From Yuukianura sp. NJ FZ-2021 (taxonomy: Eukaryota), in NCBI GenBank assembly GCA_046563655.1, contig CM102285.1, positions 14,012,001 through 14,076,000 of the forward strand: a stretch of 64,000 nt of DNA, in the 5' to 3' direction. Of the stretch, positions 48,801-62,866 are shown piece by piece. Made by a program: the position numbers and the translations under genes. The notes below the pieces were generated by a model, which saw only the letters and a program-made list of their open reading frames with translations, had not been told where the DNA came from and made no database searches. Numbering within the stretch: the stretch's first letter is position 1; each line of letters begins with the position of its first letter.

Positions 48801-51800
48801 CTAAAAACGAAAGTTGATACTGGGCGTAGCCCTCCTTCCTCCTTATGTTCTCAAGTTCAAAATGTATAAATTATTGCACCAAGGACTCCGTTTTAAAAGG
48901 CAAATTGCTTCTTCCCGACAGTTAAAATATTTAAAACCTTCTAGTCAAAATACCGTAAATATTCTAACAAACGCCCGCTCACAAATAACGGCTACCCATT
49001 GACTATCATTTTCTCCATGTGAGGTGATATCCAGTGGACAAGGCTAACTCCGGATAAAACTCAAGTTTCTGCCGGACGAAACTCAGTTTCCATCCGGCAG
49101 AAAGCGAGTTTCATCCGGCAGGACCCCAGTTTCTATCCGGCAGAAAGTGAGTTTCCTTCGGCAGAAAGCGACTTTCGCCCGGCAGAAACCAATAAAATCC
49201 GGATACTTCCGTCATTTTCTAGGAGAGTGGAAGATACTATACTTTATCCTATCCAGCAACGCTGCGTCGGAAGGAGTTTTGGAAAGTCTAAAATGACTGC
49301 TGGGAACTTATTAGAACTTTTACGGTAACATTGTCAGCAAAGTGTAGAAGTGTCAGGTTTAACGTTATAGGAATTCCCATATAACCCTCTCTTCTCCAAA
49401 CAACGCTTTACAATTAAACTCTTGATTGATGGAAACAGCAGAAAAAAAAGTATCATAAAATGCTAAACAGTTAGCGGTTAGGGAGTTAATAGTACCACAA
49501 TTAACATAAATCATAAGTACAAACTTCACGAAAACTTTACAATACTTTGTCTTTTGAAAACACAATACTCTTCCAGTATAACTAAAATGCATGAAATCGT
49601 GTTTTCCCTATAAGGTCAAAACTGTTTCATTTTTGGCACAGCGCTGGCGGTTACTTCTTCCGTATTTGGAATTAACATTACGCTCATTTACAAATACATT
49701 GTTACCTTCATCATTGTTGTTTTTGAAAAAAAAACACCTTACATCATCCTATCTAGCTGTTTTTCAAAAACAAAATCATCATTTCATTTTTTTTAAATTT
49801 TTTACCTTAGCTCCTCTGTCTGTTCCTAATTTCTTGGTTTCCTTGGCTAAATCTCTGGAAGTTCCGTCTGACGAGTTGAGCTTTCCGTGACTCAGTTTTC
49901 TCAGAGGTGGCGGAAGCCATTTCCTAAAAATCAAAAAAACAAAAATTAATTTCAAAATTTCAGTTTTTAAAATTAACGCTGAGGTGAAGACAGGGTTAGT
50001 TTGTGTCCAAAAACAGTGTTGCTTGATGGAAAAAAATATTCCTTCCACTCTCTTGGAAAGTGGTGGATATACCCGGATTTGATTAGTTTCTTCCGGACGA
50101 AACTCGATTTCGTCCATCAGAAACTGGATTTTATCCGGATTTATCCATTTATCCAATGGATATCGGCCGGACGAAATGCTAAAAAAAGTGTATGTCCATA
50201 AACTTACCCACTAAAGACCCTGCGTTTGGGCACGGGCGACGTTGACGTTGTTTCGGCCTCCCTAGACTGCTGACTGTTTTCAGAAGGCCCTAAGCAAAAA
50301 TTAAACAATTTGTCAGCAAAAACTTCAAATTTCCAAAAACACTCAACAAATTTACTCTAAAAACACTATTATGTTTCGAAAAAAAAACACTCGAAACACT
50401 TTTCAAAATTACGAAACTATTATTATTCAGTTGACCTTTGTTGTCCGTTTGCGGTGGAATAGAATTTTGACTCTTTGACCTTCTGAATCGGTCCTTGAAA
50501 GTGAACATGAGAACCTCCACAGAGTCTCATCTCTCTGCCCAACCACAATAACACATAGTATTTTCAAAAATCAATTCCCTACAATACACTTTTTAGTAGT
50601 CACACTTCATCACAACCTCCAAAAACTTATTCTTAGCACCAAACACTGGATCGACAGGCGACGCGAACACAAAATACACACAACTGGGTCACAGTATGAC
50701 GACTCCTGCTGCCTACTCTCGGATTTGGCAAATTCTCAGAACAACTCAACTTTTATCCACCTACACACGCAATGAATGTGCAAAAATATTTGCAAAAACT
50801 TTGCAAAAGTCAACCTTGCACAATCTTCCAACAACACAAGTCTCAAAGGACACAAACGATGACGACGTCACTTTTTCAAAAACAACACAACAACACTAAA
50901 ATAAGCCTTCAACACAACATTCCTCAGCACTTAGAGTACAAAACACAACAATGCTCTTCAAACACAAAACAATTAACAATGGAAATCCAATTAAAGACAA
51001 AGTCTCTACCCAATTGTTGAATCCCAACTTTCACCAGTGTGCTCTGCTGCTCCCAAAAAAGTAAAAGTGGAACTGAACATAACGGTGGAGTTGGTCGTCT
51101 CAAAACCCTGGGGAAAGTTAGTCCAAAGTGACAAGCGAAAGCGACTGATGTGGGCTGTGGGGAATCCGGGCTTTTTCGGGGCGCTTGATCCACCGCTTCT
51201 CCGTCCGACCAAAAGCAAAGGGAAAGATGGGGGAACAAGAAGGTCGACAGAGAAGGAGACGCAGAGAGGCTGCTCAGCCTCCGCATCTTCCCACTTTTCC
51301 ACCGCTTTGTCCCTCCAAACAGCGCAACTCCCCCTTCATCCCCACTTCCAGCAATATTAACTAAACCAGGACACTTCTGGTAGGCAGTGTTGCTGGAAAT
51401 CCACTTTTTCCACATTTCATCCACGGCTGGATATCCAGTGGAAGAAATGGACGAAATGGATGAATCCAAATGGGCGGAGCTTTATCCGCGGGGTTTGCAT
51501 TCACTGAATACAAAAAGCTAAAGAAAATGAGAATGCGGTGCAAAAACGAAGTAGATTTCGTTTTTAAGGAAATTGATTAATCAGGAAGATAATTAATTTT
51601 AATGGTGAAAGAAAAGACATTATTTGGATATTATTTTGTAATTTTTGAATTTTTGTAAATTTCGCGCTAAATTTTTTATTTCTGCCATCCACTAATAGTT
51701 TCGACCACTATTAGGGCACATTTCTTCCAGTGGACGACGTGACAAATAAGCCATCATCGTTTAATCATCCAGCAACACTGCTGGTAGGACATGTAGGACA

Positions 51801-54800
51801 TGGTAGGACAATGACATTAAAACTTCGGAAAAATCCGGATTCAATATTTAAAACTCCGGATTCGGCAGAATCCGAATCCGTCAAAATCCGGAACAAAAAT
51901 CCGGATTCACACCTCTAGTCCGGACATACATGGACACATTCGATCCATCGCCTCATCATCTTCACTACTGGACAATCCGTCCACAACCTAACGACAGGAC
52001 GATCGTCCTAATCATTTCGCTCCAAATACGTCACAGGTTCAGCGTCGACCGCCCAGGGATGTCCAGTTCCTCGTCAGCCCCCCCTTTTTTCCCCTTCTTT
52101 TCACCGTCGCGGCGCCGGAAGCGTTCACCGCTGGAGCCTTTTCGTCCCGTACAAAGATGACTGGAGACTTCCTTCTTCATTCATCTTCATTCCAAACGCC
52201 TCTCGAACCCTCATTCATGATTTATTCCTACACAATTACTTTGGAGATTCTCCAGATTTCAAAGGCTACACAAGCTGCTCCAGTAAAGCCTCTGAATCTC
52301 AACTTCATCCTCCTATCGCTTCCAGCGAATCATAACATTCTAACATTATATAAATGTCGCCCACCACTAAAAGGTCATGCCTTCCAGGAAATAGTGACCT
52401 CACACTGTTACTTTCTACTTATAAATGTCATTCATGTTCAAAACAAACCATTTCAGGTTTTACATTAGCTTTTCAGCGATTACCTTTAGCAAACGCTTCT
52501 CTTATTTTCAGCGATAATTGTCAGCAATCGGTTCTCCTGTTTTCAGCGATTATCTTCAGCAATCGCTTCCACCCTTTTCTTTTATGAACTACTCGTCAAC
52601 AGTCGAAAGTCATATTAGAAATCCTAAAGCCCGCCCTTCCTACTCAATGCCTTTCAGATGCTCTTTCCCTTACTAATAAAATCGTACTCAAATCAAAAAT
52701 AGATTGAAGGCTTTTCACTACACGCTGAAAACGCTTACAACTCCCTACTTCTGACGCTGCCAGCGCTTCCAACTCTCTTTGGGATTTGCTAATATTGCTC
52801 CTCAGAATCTTAAAGTTTTGAAGCTGATACAGCATCCGCTCCGCATCATCGCATCCGCCGTCCTCTTTCTAGCTTCCGGTGAAAATGGGGATGAAACCAT
52901 AGACTAACATAACCTAATCATAAGACTAACATAAAATAGACTAACCTAAATCATAGACTAACATAACATACACTTTCAACTCCAAAAGAAAGTCCAAGAA
53001 ACAAGTCTTTGTACTCACCAGGTTCTCCAGGAGAGGTGACCTTGGACGCAGAGTCTTCGCTCACCCACGCACTCAGCATATCACCACCATTGCCCTACAA
53101 AAAGAAAAAACACATTTCAAAAAAATTAGTTCAATTGACTCATCATGTGAATCACATTTCCGAATTTCAGAAACCATCAAGAAAAAGTAGGAGAAATGGG
53201 AGTTGAAAAGTTAAAGACTAAATTTTTTCTTCATTTCCTTCAGTTCTCAAGGGAAATTAACGACCGAAAGAGAAATAGTCATAAAAAGAGGAAACTAAAT
53301 TACGACTTTTAGTAATTTTTCCACAAAATTTTGAAAAAATCAGTGCCAACACGTAAGTTTGTGTTAACCTGTCTAAATTCGGATAATCGAACAGAGGCCG
53401 GGTAGTCAATTGTTTGTTGACGCGAGAGACGGCGGTGGGCAGCCCGAAAAGACTCTCCACCACCAAACCACGACGATGGCATAGAAATTTTTCGGCGCGG
53501 TTTCCGGTCCATCTTCCAAAATTTTGACAGTAGTAACTACTATTGTCACCGCAACTTTTCCATTTTTCAAAAAAAAAAAAATTCAAAAAGTGGGTTTGAA
53601 TTTTTAAAAAAGCAGTTACTGCTGATCTTTTACGATCACTGATCACGAATTTTACGATCACTGATCACTGATTTTACGATCACCGATCACTGATTTTACA
53701 ATCCACGGTAACTGATTTTACGTTCACTGATCGCTGATTTTTACTATCACTGATCACTGATTTTACGATCACTCAACGACTATATCACTGCACCGATCAT
53801 CACTGCGACGAAATTTGTTCTAAAAAATTCAAACTTTTGGCTTTGCCTAAAACCTAAAGCCGATCACTTTCCAAACATGGTACGTTCAAACTTTTTGGAA
53901 AAACGCAATTCTTCGCTTTAGAAAATTCAAAATCCGAATGATTTTGAAAAAAATCCGCGTTTCCTCAAGAATTTGTTTAAATTCGCGATCCTCAATAATT
54001 TGTTCAGATTCTTATGCGAATTCCTCCTGCTCTGGATCTGCGACTACTTCCACCGCGTCTGGCAGCTCAGAACTGACTGAACTCCACGCGTAACTGGAAA
54101 ATAGACAAGGTATGTCCTGTTTTCTGATTCTGACGATGAGTGATCTTCCTGGTTCTGTTTTCATATGAACTGCAGTTGTGTAACCAGATAAAAAAAACTC
54201 AAATTTTCAAGTACGTAGAGGTGTACAGAGAGGTCAAAGGTCACGGACAGAGGAAGATTAGAGGTCACAATTGATTCTTTTGTCTCTCACACTCCAAATT
54301 CCGTGAAAAAGAAACACCAATTCACACTCAACTGGAGAAAAAGTCCAGCCACCTTCCAACCTAATTCCCAATTGAGACTGAGAAAAGCTCAAAGCTCACT
54401 TTCTTTTTTTCTCCAGCGATTCAGCGATCAGGAAAAGGAAAAGAATGGGCAGAAGTGAGAAATGGGGGGAGTGTTGATTTGGTTTTACCTGGTCGGGTGG
54501 TGGGTTCCCCTCTTCATCCGGGGAGTCTTCACTTGGGAACGTGGCAGTAGTGGACGTTGAGGCTGAACTACCTCCCTTGGATGGACTTCGGGGTAAACGA
54601 AAGGCGGAGTTCAAGTAAGTCTCTTGGATTACTTCACGGATCTTCTTCACCCACAATCGCTTCACCTCCACCGAAGAAGCCTAGGAAACCAAAAACACAA
54701 ACATTCAGTTCCCAACATTAGCACAAATGGAAATGTCAACGGAATTGGTCTACAAACAACAAAAAAGAAAAGAAACAACACCCAATTCGCTTATTCTAAA

Positions 54801-57800
54801 AGCACAAGGATCAGGAAAGCACGAATGCGGGAAATGTCAAAGGTCAAGAATTACTTTAGCCGTTAACACTTAACAAACATCAGACCACATTGAACCATTA
54901 CAGTAAAAGCAAAAGTACATTTTTGACCTTTGACCTTTGAATATGTTTTGACCTGACCTTAATGACAATTCGGTAATCCGACACTGGTGACCTTCCAGTC
55001 CAAACAGCAAACTTCGTATCATCCCCCTCCACACACTCGCTCAGTCCAAGCTCAGAAGTCTGAAAACATACAAAAAAAAATCAAAATTAAGTACTCAATC
55101 TTTTGAACACAAAATGAAACAACAAGTATGAAGAAAAACCACACATTTTGATTCTCCATATTTCGAACAAAATTTTCGTGCAGACCATATTTTTTTCATT
55201 CCAAGAGACACTCTAGCTTTTTTTTTTGTATAATGTGAATAATTTCCAACTTTTTAAAGATTCAGCGGCGTTTCTTTTAGACAAAAAACGACAAGTTGGA
55301 TAAATTCAAAAAAAATGAACGGTTTTTTTAGAACCAATTTCTTCGCAATTCATAAACTCTGGAGGTTCTTTTGTGGCAGTCCCAGTGCGGCAGTGTTTGA
55401 TTAATAATTAGGTTACACTTACGAGTAATTTTTGTTTGAAGAGGTATTTGGGTTTGGCCGTGTCTTTCACTTCTTTGGCAAATAGAAGATGGAGATCAAA
55501 GAGAAAGAGTCTCCTTTCCCTTGCTTTCCTCAGAAGATGCTTGGGGTCCCACACTTGAAAACTTTCTTGCAGAATTACTTCGCCCAGAGCCTCCAGCCTC
55601 ACATCTCCTCCCTCCAGCAGACTCAGATGCATTGCATCATTAGCCTTCTTTGGCACATTTAACATCACTTCCAGTCCATCCTACGCAAATTAAACACAAA
55701 TCATAGTTAGAGTCAACAACATTAGAGTCAACAATCAACAAAGTACAGTAGAACCTCTCATTGTGAAACACATTCTAATTGGCTGATTTCAACAAGAAAC
55801 GTTTTGAGTTTGACGTCTACCGTACTGCTCCAAATTCTAACACATTTGAGATATGTAGTAGCCACAAACGGTGGCTACACTTTTGTGGCAACTTATGTTA
55901 CCGCTAAAACCTCTAAAAGTTGCCGCTCTCTCGTAGCCACATTGTAGCCACACAAGATGGCTGCAGTGGCTACACTGTGTGGTTACAGTAACAACTTAAA
56001 TTTTACCGCAACCAAAGTATTTTGTTTTCTTTACATGTACAACTCGTCCAAAAATATAAGTGTTACAGTATACCACCTTGTGATCATTAGAGGCGGAGCT
56101 AAAAGTTTCATAAATGAGAGGTTTTACTGTAACAAATCAAAAACAAAACTATCCAATTACGTCAATTAACTAACGAAAACAAAACAAAGGAACAGAAATA
56201 GAACAGAAGATCTTACGTGAATCTCTCCTCTGCCGTCATCATCTGCCGTGGCTTGAAGATCCTTCAGAAGCAGCGCGTACTTGGTGATACGCTGGACGGG
56301 TTTGATGAGAAACGCTGGAAGTGGATGTTCCAGTCCATGAGATCGCTGAACACTTTCAAAGAATCCACAACCCTCTTGAACTAAAAGGTTGTTCGACTCC
56401 GGTTTGTTCCTGGAACGTGGTCAAAAACCAATGAGAGGTCAGAGGTCAACATTTCAAAACTTTCTCTTTTTCATCAAATTTTTCAAAAACTTTTTGAAAT
56501 CTTCCACTCACCTACAGAAACTGACATACATGTCAAACTTATGAGCCCACCGTACAAAACAATGGCCAACATCCTCTGGATTTCGAGAATACTTCTCCAG
56601 TTCTCCCAAGAACACATCACGGTGAAACAGAAAGATTTCTTCCAGATTTCCAAACAAAATGCCCTCTTTCCCACGCAGTCCAGTAGGAACGTCAATTGCA
56701 CCACGAAACGCTGCCACGTAGATTTCAACGCACAAACGCAGATCAGCAACGTAAGTCCTCTCAGTCGCAAGTAGTTCGCTCATGATAAACCTGAAAAAAA
56801 ATTTCAAATTTCAAAATTTTCAAAATTCGTTTCCATTTTCACTCATTCTCTGCGGCCAAAGCATAACGACGAAACTTTTTCAGAAATCCATTTCAAAATT
56901 TCGAAATCCAAAACAAAAAAATTTTTGAACGTCTTATAACTTACTCTCTGCGTCTGCGTCGTTTCGTCTCTTGATCATTCAGTTCTCGAAGTGCTCTGGA
57001 ATCTTCTCCGCTAAGTTTCGATTCCAGCGATGAATCGGAGTTTCTGTCTTCAGATTTCCCGCCTCCATCTTCCAGCATACCCCTGAGACACACAAACAAA
57101 AAAGTTCATCAGCACAAAAATCAAAAGTAATTCAAAGTAATTCAAAAGTAATTACCGGTAATTATCCAACTGTTTTGAAAACTCCTTCAACTTTTCCTCT
57201 GCTTCTGTCACCAATTCAGTAAACCTCACTCCATTTGGCCTCGTTTTGTCCAGATGAGTTTCACTCTGGGTCACTAGTGCCCGAATCCGCTCTCTCCGGT
57301 CCTTATCACAAACCGCAAAACAATTGCACTTAACAACCGTCACCCAAAAATTGCTAGTCCATGTACAACAACTCATTTTTTCTCACAATACTACACAAAA
57401 AACTATCAGAATCCTTGAAAAAACTCTGTTTCTTCTTTAAAAAATTATGATTAACTTCATACATTGCGTCTAATCCATAAATTCCTTGTGACATCGAAAG
57501 TCAAAGATTTGTTTTTTCATACCTTTGCAGCTACTTTGAAGTGATTGATCTCCTTGAGAAGAGCCTCTTTATCTTGTGGATTGGGATGAATGTTGCCTCC
57601 AATTCTCGTCATGAACGTTTCTCCAGTATCACGTATCCAGGCAGTCGCTTCTTCCACGGCAGTCTCCACATCCACCATAAACAGGGCCTCATCCAAACAC
57701 TTTCTCCGTTCTGTCCAGAACTCCATCACGCGATCTTCCTGAATCACTGATTTCGAAAAAAAAACACAATAAATAAGAAAAATCCAACATTTCGAATTTC

Positions 57801-60800
57801 AAAAACCAACATTTGAAAACGTTTTTCATTCCATTTTTTAAAACAGTAGTTCAAGAATTTACCTAGCTGCTCCATACTTGCTGAAATTGAAACAAAAATC
57901 ATTGTTAATATTTTTTGAAATGAACTTTCAGATTACTGCTGTCAAAAAAATCTGACCTTTGACCCGTGCTTCCGGCGAGCGAATAGAAGAATCCTGGTAA
58001 GAGTAAGCTGCTCTGCCACAAACCTTCAAAAAATTTCTGCCAGTACCTCGAGCATGAGCTAAAACATTTAAAAAAAAATCAAATTATACCGTAAAAGTTC
58101 TAAAGGTGGACCGATTTCACATGATTTCACTCACTGCAAGCTTTCATGAAAGCTTCCTTTTGTTCATCGTGTTTCTGCAACCGAATCCTGATGCTGTTCT
58201 TCCTCTCCTCAAGTGGCAGAAACGAAGGCTCCTCTGCTCTCCGGTACTCCCGTTCCAGACTTTCCAGGACAGAACAAACCTGGACAAAAAAAAATCAAAA
58301 TTACGAAAACTCCGATTTTTTTTTTCAAAATTCAAAATTCGAACTTACCTGATCCGACGTTTTGTAAAAAGCAAGTGCAGTAGAAAACAGTTTATGTCTC
58401 TCTTCTGCCGCAGAGATGAGCTCTCTCCACCGAAACGACACTTCATCTGAGATCAACTTCACAGAAGTCGTATCAAAATGGCTTCCGCCAATCAACGCCT
58501 CCGCACGCAAATTCACTTGGACAGCAAAATTATGCGTTTTCTGAAATCATTGAAAAAAAAACGTTGAAAAAACAAAGAGTTCAGCAATGAATTCAAAATT
58601 TTTTTGAAATAGGCCAACCTCAAGAGCTTTCTTCAACTTCTGATGATCTTTCTTCATTTCCTCTGCTTCTATCAAGCAACTCGGTACGCAGAAAGTAGCT
58701 GCCAGCATCGTTTCACCATTTCGAATCCAGGATATCACCTTGTTGCATAAAAAAGACAAAAAATTTTCAAAAACCACTTTTTTTTTCAGAATTTTATGCC
58801 TTTTTTCATAAAATTTACCTGAGATGCCTCATTTTTGAGTTGAATCACTTGCTGAAGATGAAGTAATCTCCCTTTGCGCTGCTCTTCCATCGCTTCCATT
58901 TCAACTTCCTTCTCTTCCACATACTCAATGGCAACTGTTACACGAGATTCTCCTGTCAGATCTCCACTCCGCTCAAGGATCTGAAATGATCAACAGAAGT
59001 TACAAATATCTACTAAGTTTTGAAAGTATTTCATTATGAAGTAATTACCTGCTTAAGTTCTTGACCTCTCCGAATCAATCCGAAAAGCCTCGCTTGGAGA
59101 TTAGCAAATTTTTCAGTTTCTGCTCTCAAGCGATCCTCGACAGCTTCCAGACTCGGCTCTTTTCCTAAATCTTCTACAGAATGAGCAGTTTGCGCATCCC
59201 ACATGATCATTTCAGCATTTGCCTATTTCAGAAAATTCACTTAACTTCTACTTTCATTTAAATTCTAAAAAGAATGAAAAGAGTGCACTCACTGCCTCTA
59301 CTTCTCTTTCAAAAAGACCAAGTTGAAGACCAGCTTCTAAGCGAATTTTACGAGATTCCCAAATTTCTTCCAACTGATTCCTTTGTGCATCTAATCTATG
59401 CAGAGCCGACTCAATACAGTCGATAGAATTCCCGCCCTCTCCACCAATCACGTTCCTAGAAAAAAAAAGTTTAACAAAAAAAAATCCAATCAAGCATCTT
59501 CATAAACAGAAACATGATTTGAAAGATTCAGTTTTAAAAGAATTTTGGAAAATTGAAATACCGTAAATCTTCTATTAGGCGCTCGCCTTCCGAGAAAGTA
59601 CCGAGAATCAACTGTAAACCAGCGTTTCTCTCTTCTTCCCAGGCAGCTAGCGAATGGTCCCCAGAAACATTATTGTCACCTCCAGTCGACAGCAGTTTTT
59701 CACACAACATCCCAACCTTAACAAATATTTTAAAAAGTTACTATAAATTATAATTAATAAGTTTATAATAAAAATTAATTACTTCATTAATCTAAAAATT
59801 CATGACAAACCTCCTTCTCTTGAGAATAAAATCTCACAACGGCGTCTACGATTCTTCTCCGTTCTTGCACTCGGCACGAAAAGTTGCGAACAATTGCATC
59901 CAGATGATGCGCTACAGCATAGATTTCTCCTCTCGCACATTCCCCCGTCCTCGCCAACTCTTCAGCCGCTACCAGCAGTTTTTCAGTATTCGTGTAAGTA
60001 TTCTGTTCAAACAAAAAAACATTACATATTTTCCAAAAAAACATACAAACTAATTTTGAAAAGTATAATCCTGTTGACACCTGAAGTACTTTTTCAAAAC
60101 TTGTCTGACTTTTTTGAATAGCCAAAGCCTTCTGCAGGTTTCGACCAATCCCAACACTTCGAGATAGGAACTGCTCACCGTGCTTCTCCAGCCACTCCAA
60201 AACCTATTTTCAAAAAACATGCCAAATTATTACCAAAATTCACACTTTTTTTTTCTTTTTCTGTTCTAAAATCTTACCTGATGAACATCTTCTTTGAACA
60301 ATTTCAGAGCAAGTCTTTGGTGCAACGCCACTTTTTTGGCAGTCCATTTCTGTTCCAACCTCCGATGTCCATCCAGAATCTCATGGATCACAGCCAGCAC
60401 ATGTCTAGCTCCCGAGGAATAGTCTGCAGCAGGATCTCTGCACCACTTCTCCATCACAGAGTTGATCTACAGTAATCAAAATCCATTATAAAACTCACTA
60501 AAAAAATCAACATGATTGGAAATGGCATAAAACGTCGTAAAAAGCGAAGTGAAAGCAAAAATTCGAAAAAGATGCCTCGAGAAGACAAAAATTGAAAAGA
60601 GTATTGAAAGAGTTGAAACTGCGGAGTTTCTGACCTGTTTGTGAATCTCCAGGCCGGGTTGATTAGAAAGATGAACAAGATTGTCTAGCTGATACAACAA
60701 CTTTTTACTTGTAGAATGCACCTGAAATGTACAACAAAAGAAAAGAGATGTGAAAAACGTTTTCAATTTCAAATCCAAAAACAGTTTAAGCATTTTTTTT

Positions 60801-62586
60801 TAAAGTTTTACCTCTGTGTAGGCCGAGCACATTGCCTCGTAAATTGCTTGGTGATGGTGAATACTTTGCTCCAAAAAACTTGCATCATCGCTGGAATGAA
60901 TTGGAATCTCACAAGCATTTCCCCAATTGATCATCTCCGATGCATACTGCAAAGAAAAAGTAACTTTTAGACTAATTGTTCAATTTGAACCAAAACTGAC
61001 AATTTCAATTTAAAAATCTGACGTACCTGCTCCGCCTTTTGATGAAATGCAACTGACAGCAGGAGCAGAGTGTTTCTAGCGTCAAGGGCTCCCGTCAACT
61101 GATTCCAAGCTCGGTTGATTCTTCCGCCCAAACTGCGAATGTGAAGTGCTGCGTAGTGTTTTGTGTCCACCATGTGAGATGCCATGGCTAAGATCCGTTT
61201 GATACTTCCCAAGCCGTTCTGAAAACACAAACACAATTTGCTTTATTAGTTACGGAAGAGGTATTTTCCATTTTTGCCAATGGTGGAATGTACTGCCCGC
61301 TTGTGCTCTTTTTTACCATGAGATTGTGAGTAAATTGTTCATGGTCACCCTGTAACCGTTCGGCAGTTTGATGTGTTTGGCCAATCTCAACGTAAGTGGA
61401 CAGGAAGGCTTCGTGACTGTGGCGTATCCAGTCAAGCATCTGAGCAACATTGAAAAATTGAAATCTTCAAAATCGCCAGAAATATTTGTGTCAAAAGACA
61501 AAACACTTTGTAGAAACCTTCTTGCAATCTTGCTCGAAATGTCTTAGCTGAAAACATTGATCAAGTTTCATTTGTTTCTGGTTCCAGAGCGCAAGTAATT
61601 GGTCCTTTGCACCGTGGATTTGTTCTACCATTCCCAGGATTGTCGGTATATTTGCCTAAAAAAGTAAGGTTTTTCAAAATTCCATTCAAAGCGCAAGAGA
61701 AATCAAAATTTTGAAAATTTGTACAGATTACCTGAATGTCCGGATTTGAAACTACTGACGACGAAGACGAACTTCTACCGCCGGAATACCCCGAGTCATA
61801 ACCCGAACCTCCGGAATCTCCACCCAGCCTGCAAATCGACAACCAATCAAAAACGTTGTTGAAACCACAAGTATTTTTGTGCTGTTTACCGTTTCAGAAG
61901 CTCTTGTCCCATGACATCAACCTCCTCAAACGTTGCCCTTGAGATCTTCTCCTTAATTTCCATATGTCTGTCAATAGCTCTCTGGACCAAAACAACATCC
62001 TCCGGAAAGTCACATCTTCCAACATCTTCCCGCCAATCTTCCATTCTATCCAGCAGTTCGCTGCCGACCCACAGAAACGCTTCCAGCGACAGACGGCGTT
62101 CCAGCCACAGCGCATGGTCATACGAAAACGTTCCTCCGAATTCAGCCGGAAGTTGGCCAGCATCTATTGCCTTCAGTAAACACTCTACACCCAGCAGATT
62201 CGTCTGAAACACATTCCAAAAATCAAAATCAATATTTTTAGAAACTCCAACATGAAGAATCTCCACAATTTCAATACATTAGGATTTCATCACCCACAAA
62301 ATGAATGAATTCATAAATTCGGCTTTTCCTTATCAAAATCTCAGTTTGAATTGAAAACTGCGCATAATTTCAAAAACGTTTGCAAAACGTTACCTCAAAA
62401 TGGTATTTCGTGGCTCCCAGAGAAGTTCTCTGCTTTTGCCAAAAGTTCTCTGGTTTGATGATGTACACAATATGAACCAGTGACGGAAAGTGTTCGTCCA
62501 GGACCTTGAGAATCGGTTTGACACTGGACCAAGTACCACCTCGCATGTCCACCACCACACTGAATCCCCGTTCCCTCGCATCCTCT
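45847..62586 (-). CDS. TRIO: Trio/Kalirin/UNC-73-type dual Rho GEF (SEC14, spectrin repeats, DH1-PH1, DH2-PH2); 5' exons lie beyond the window
   Basis: SEC14 part [21 protein letters not shown]...[10 protein letters not shown]; multiple spectrin repeats; DH1 [14 protein letters not shown]...[30 protein letters not shown]1; [13 protein letters not shown]2 [14 protein letters not shown]...[18 protein letters not shown]2 ending [16 protein letters not shown]. Confidence 0.95.
48953..49325. mobile_element. CCGTA-ended MITE (TA flanks) containing a second, internally repetitive element (~49025-49235)
   Basis: TA|CCGTAAATATTCTAACAAACGCCC ... TTATTAGAACTTTTACGG|TA; internal ~22-bp CCGGCAGAAA repeats. 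Confidence 0.65.
53620..53805. repeat. 22-bp intronic minisatellite (~7 units)
   Basis: Repeated TGATCACTGATTTTACGATCAC. Confidence 0.85.
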
Positions 62587-62866
62587 CTGCAAAAACAAAA
62601 AGCATTCAATTAGTAATCGTCACATTAAGCTTGTACCACACTTATTTTACACAGATGAAAGATTATCTTTGGAAAGAACATTCAATTCATTCCAGTTTAG
62701 TCCAAGTCTAAATCTAAGTCACAGAGGAGGACAACGCAAGGACATGGACACGTCCGATAATACTTGTTGTACTCAAATGACTTGGAATGGACCAAGTTGG
62801 ACCATTTATTAGACACATTCCAAAATTTTCAGAAGCCACAAATCGGTTGGGATAAGGTTTAACGAG

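Noticed and set aside
50924..51469. 181-aa ORF in a Trio intron as the missing SH3 exon or a nested gene
   Set aside because: No SH3 or other motif, it overlaps a repeat fragment, and there are no convincing splice sites.
54012..54170. 50-codon minus-strand ORF (MKTEPGRS...EQEEFA) as an alternative terminal exon of a GEF1-only Trio
   Set aside because: Nearby acceptors do not join it in frame to the phase-0 PH1 exon; unsupported without transcripts.
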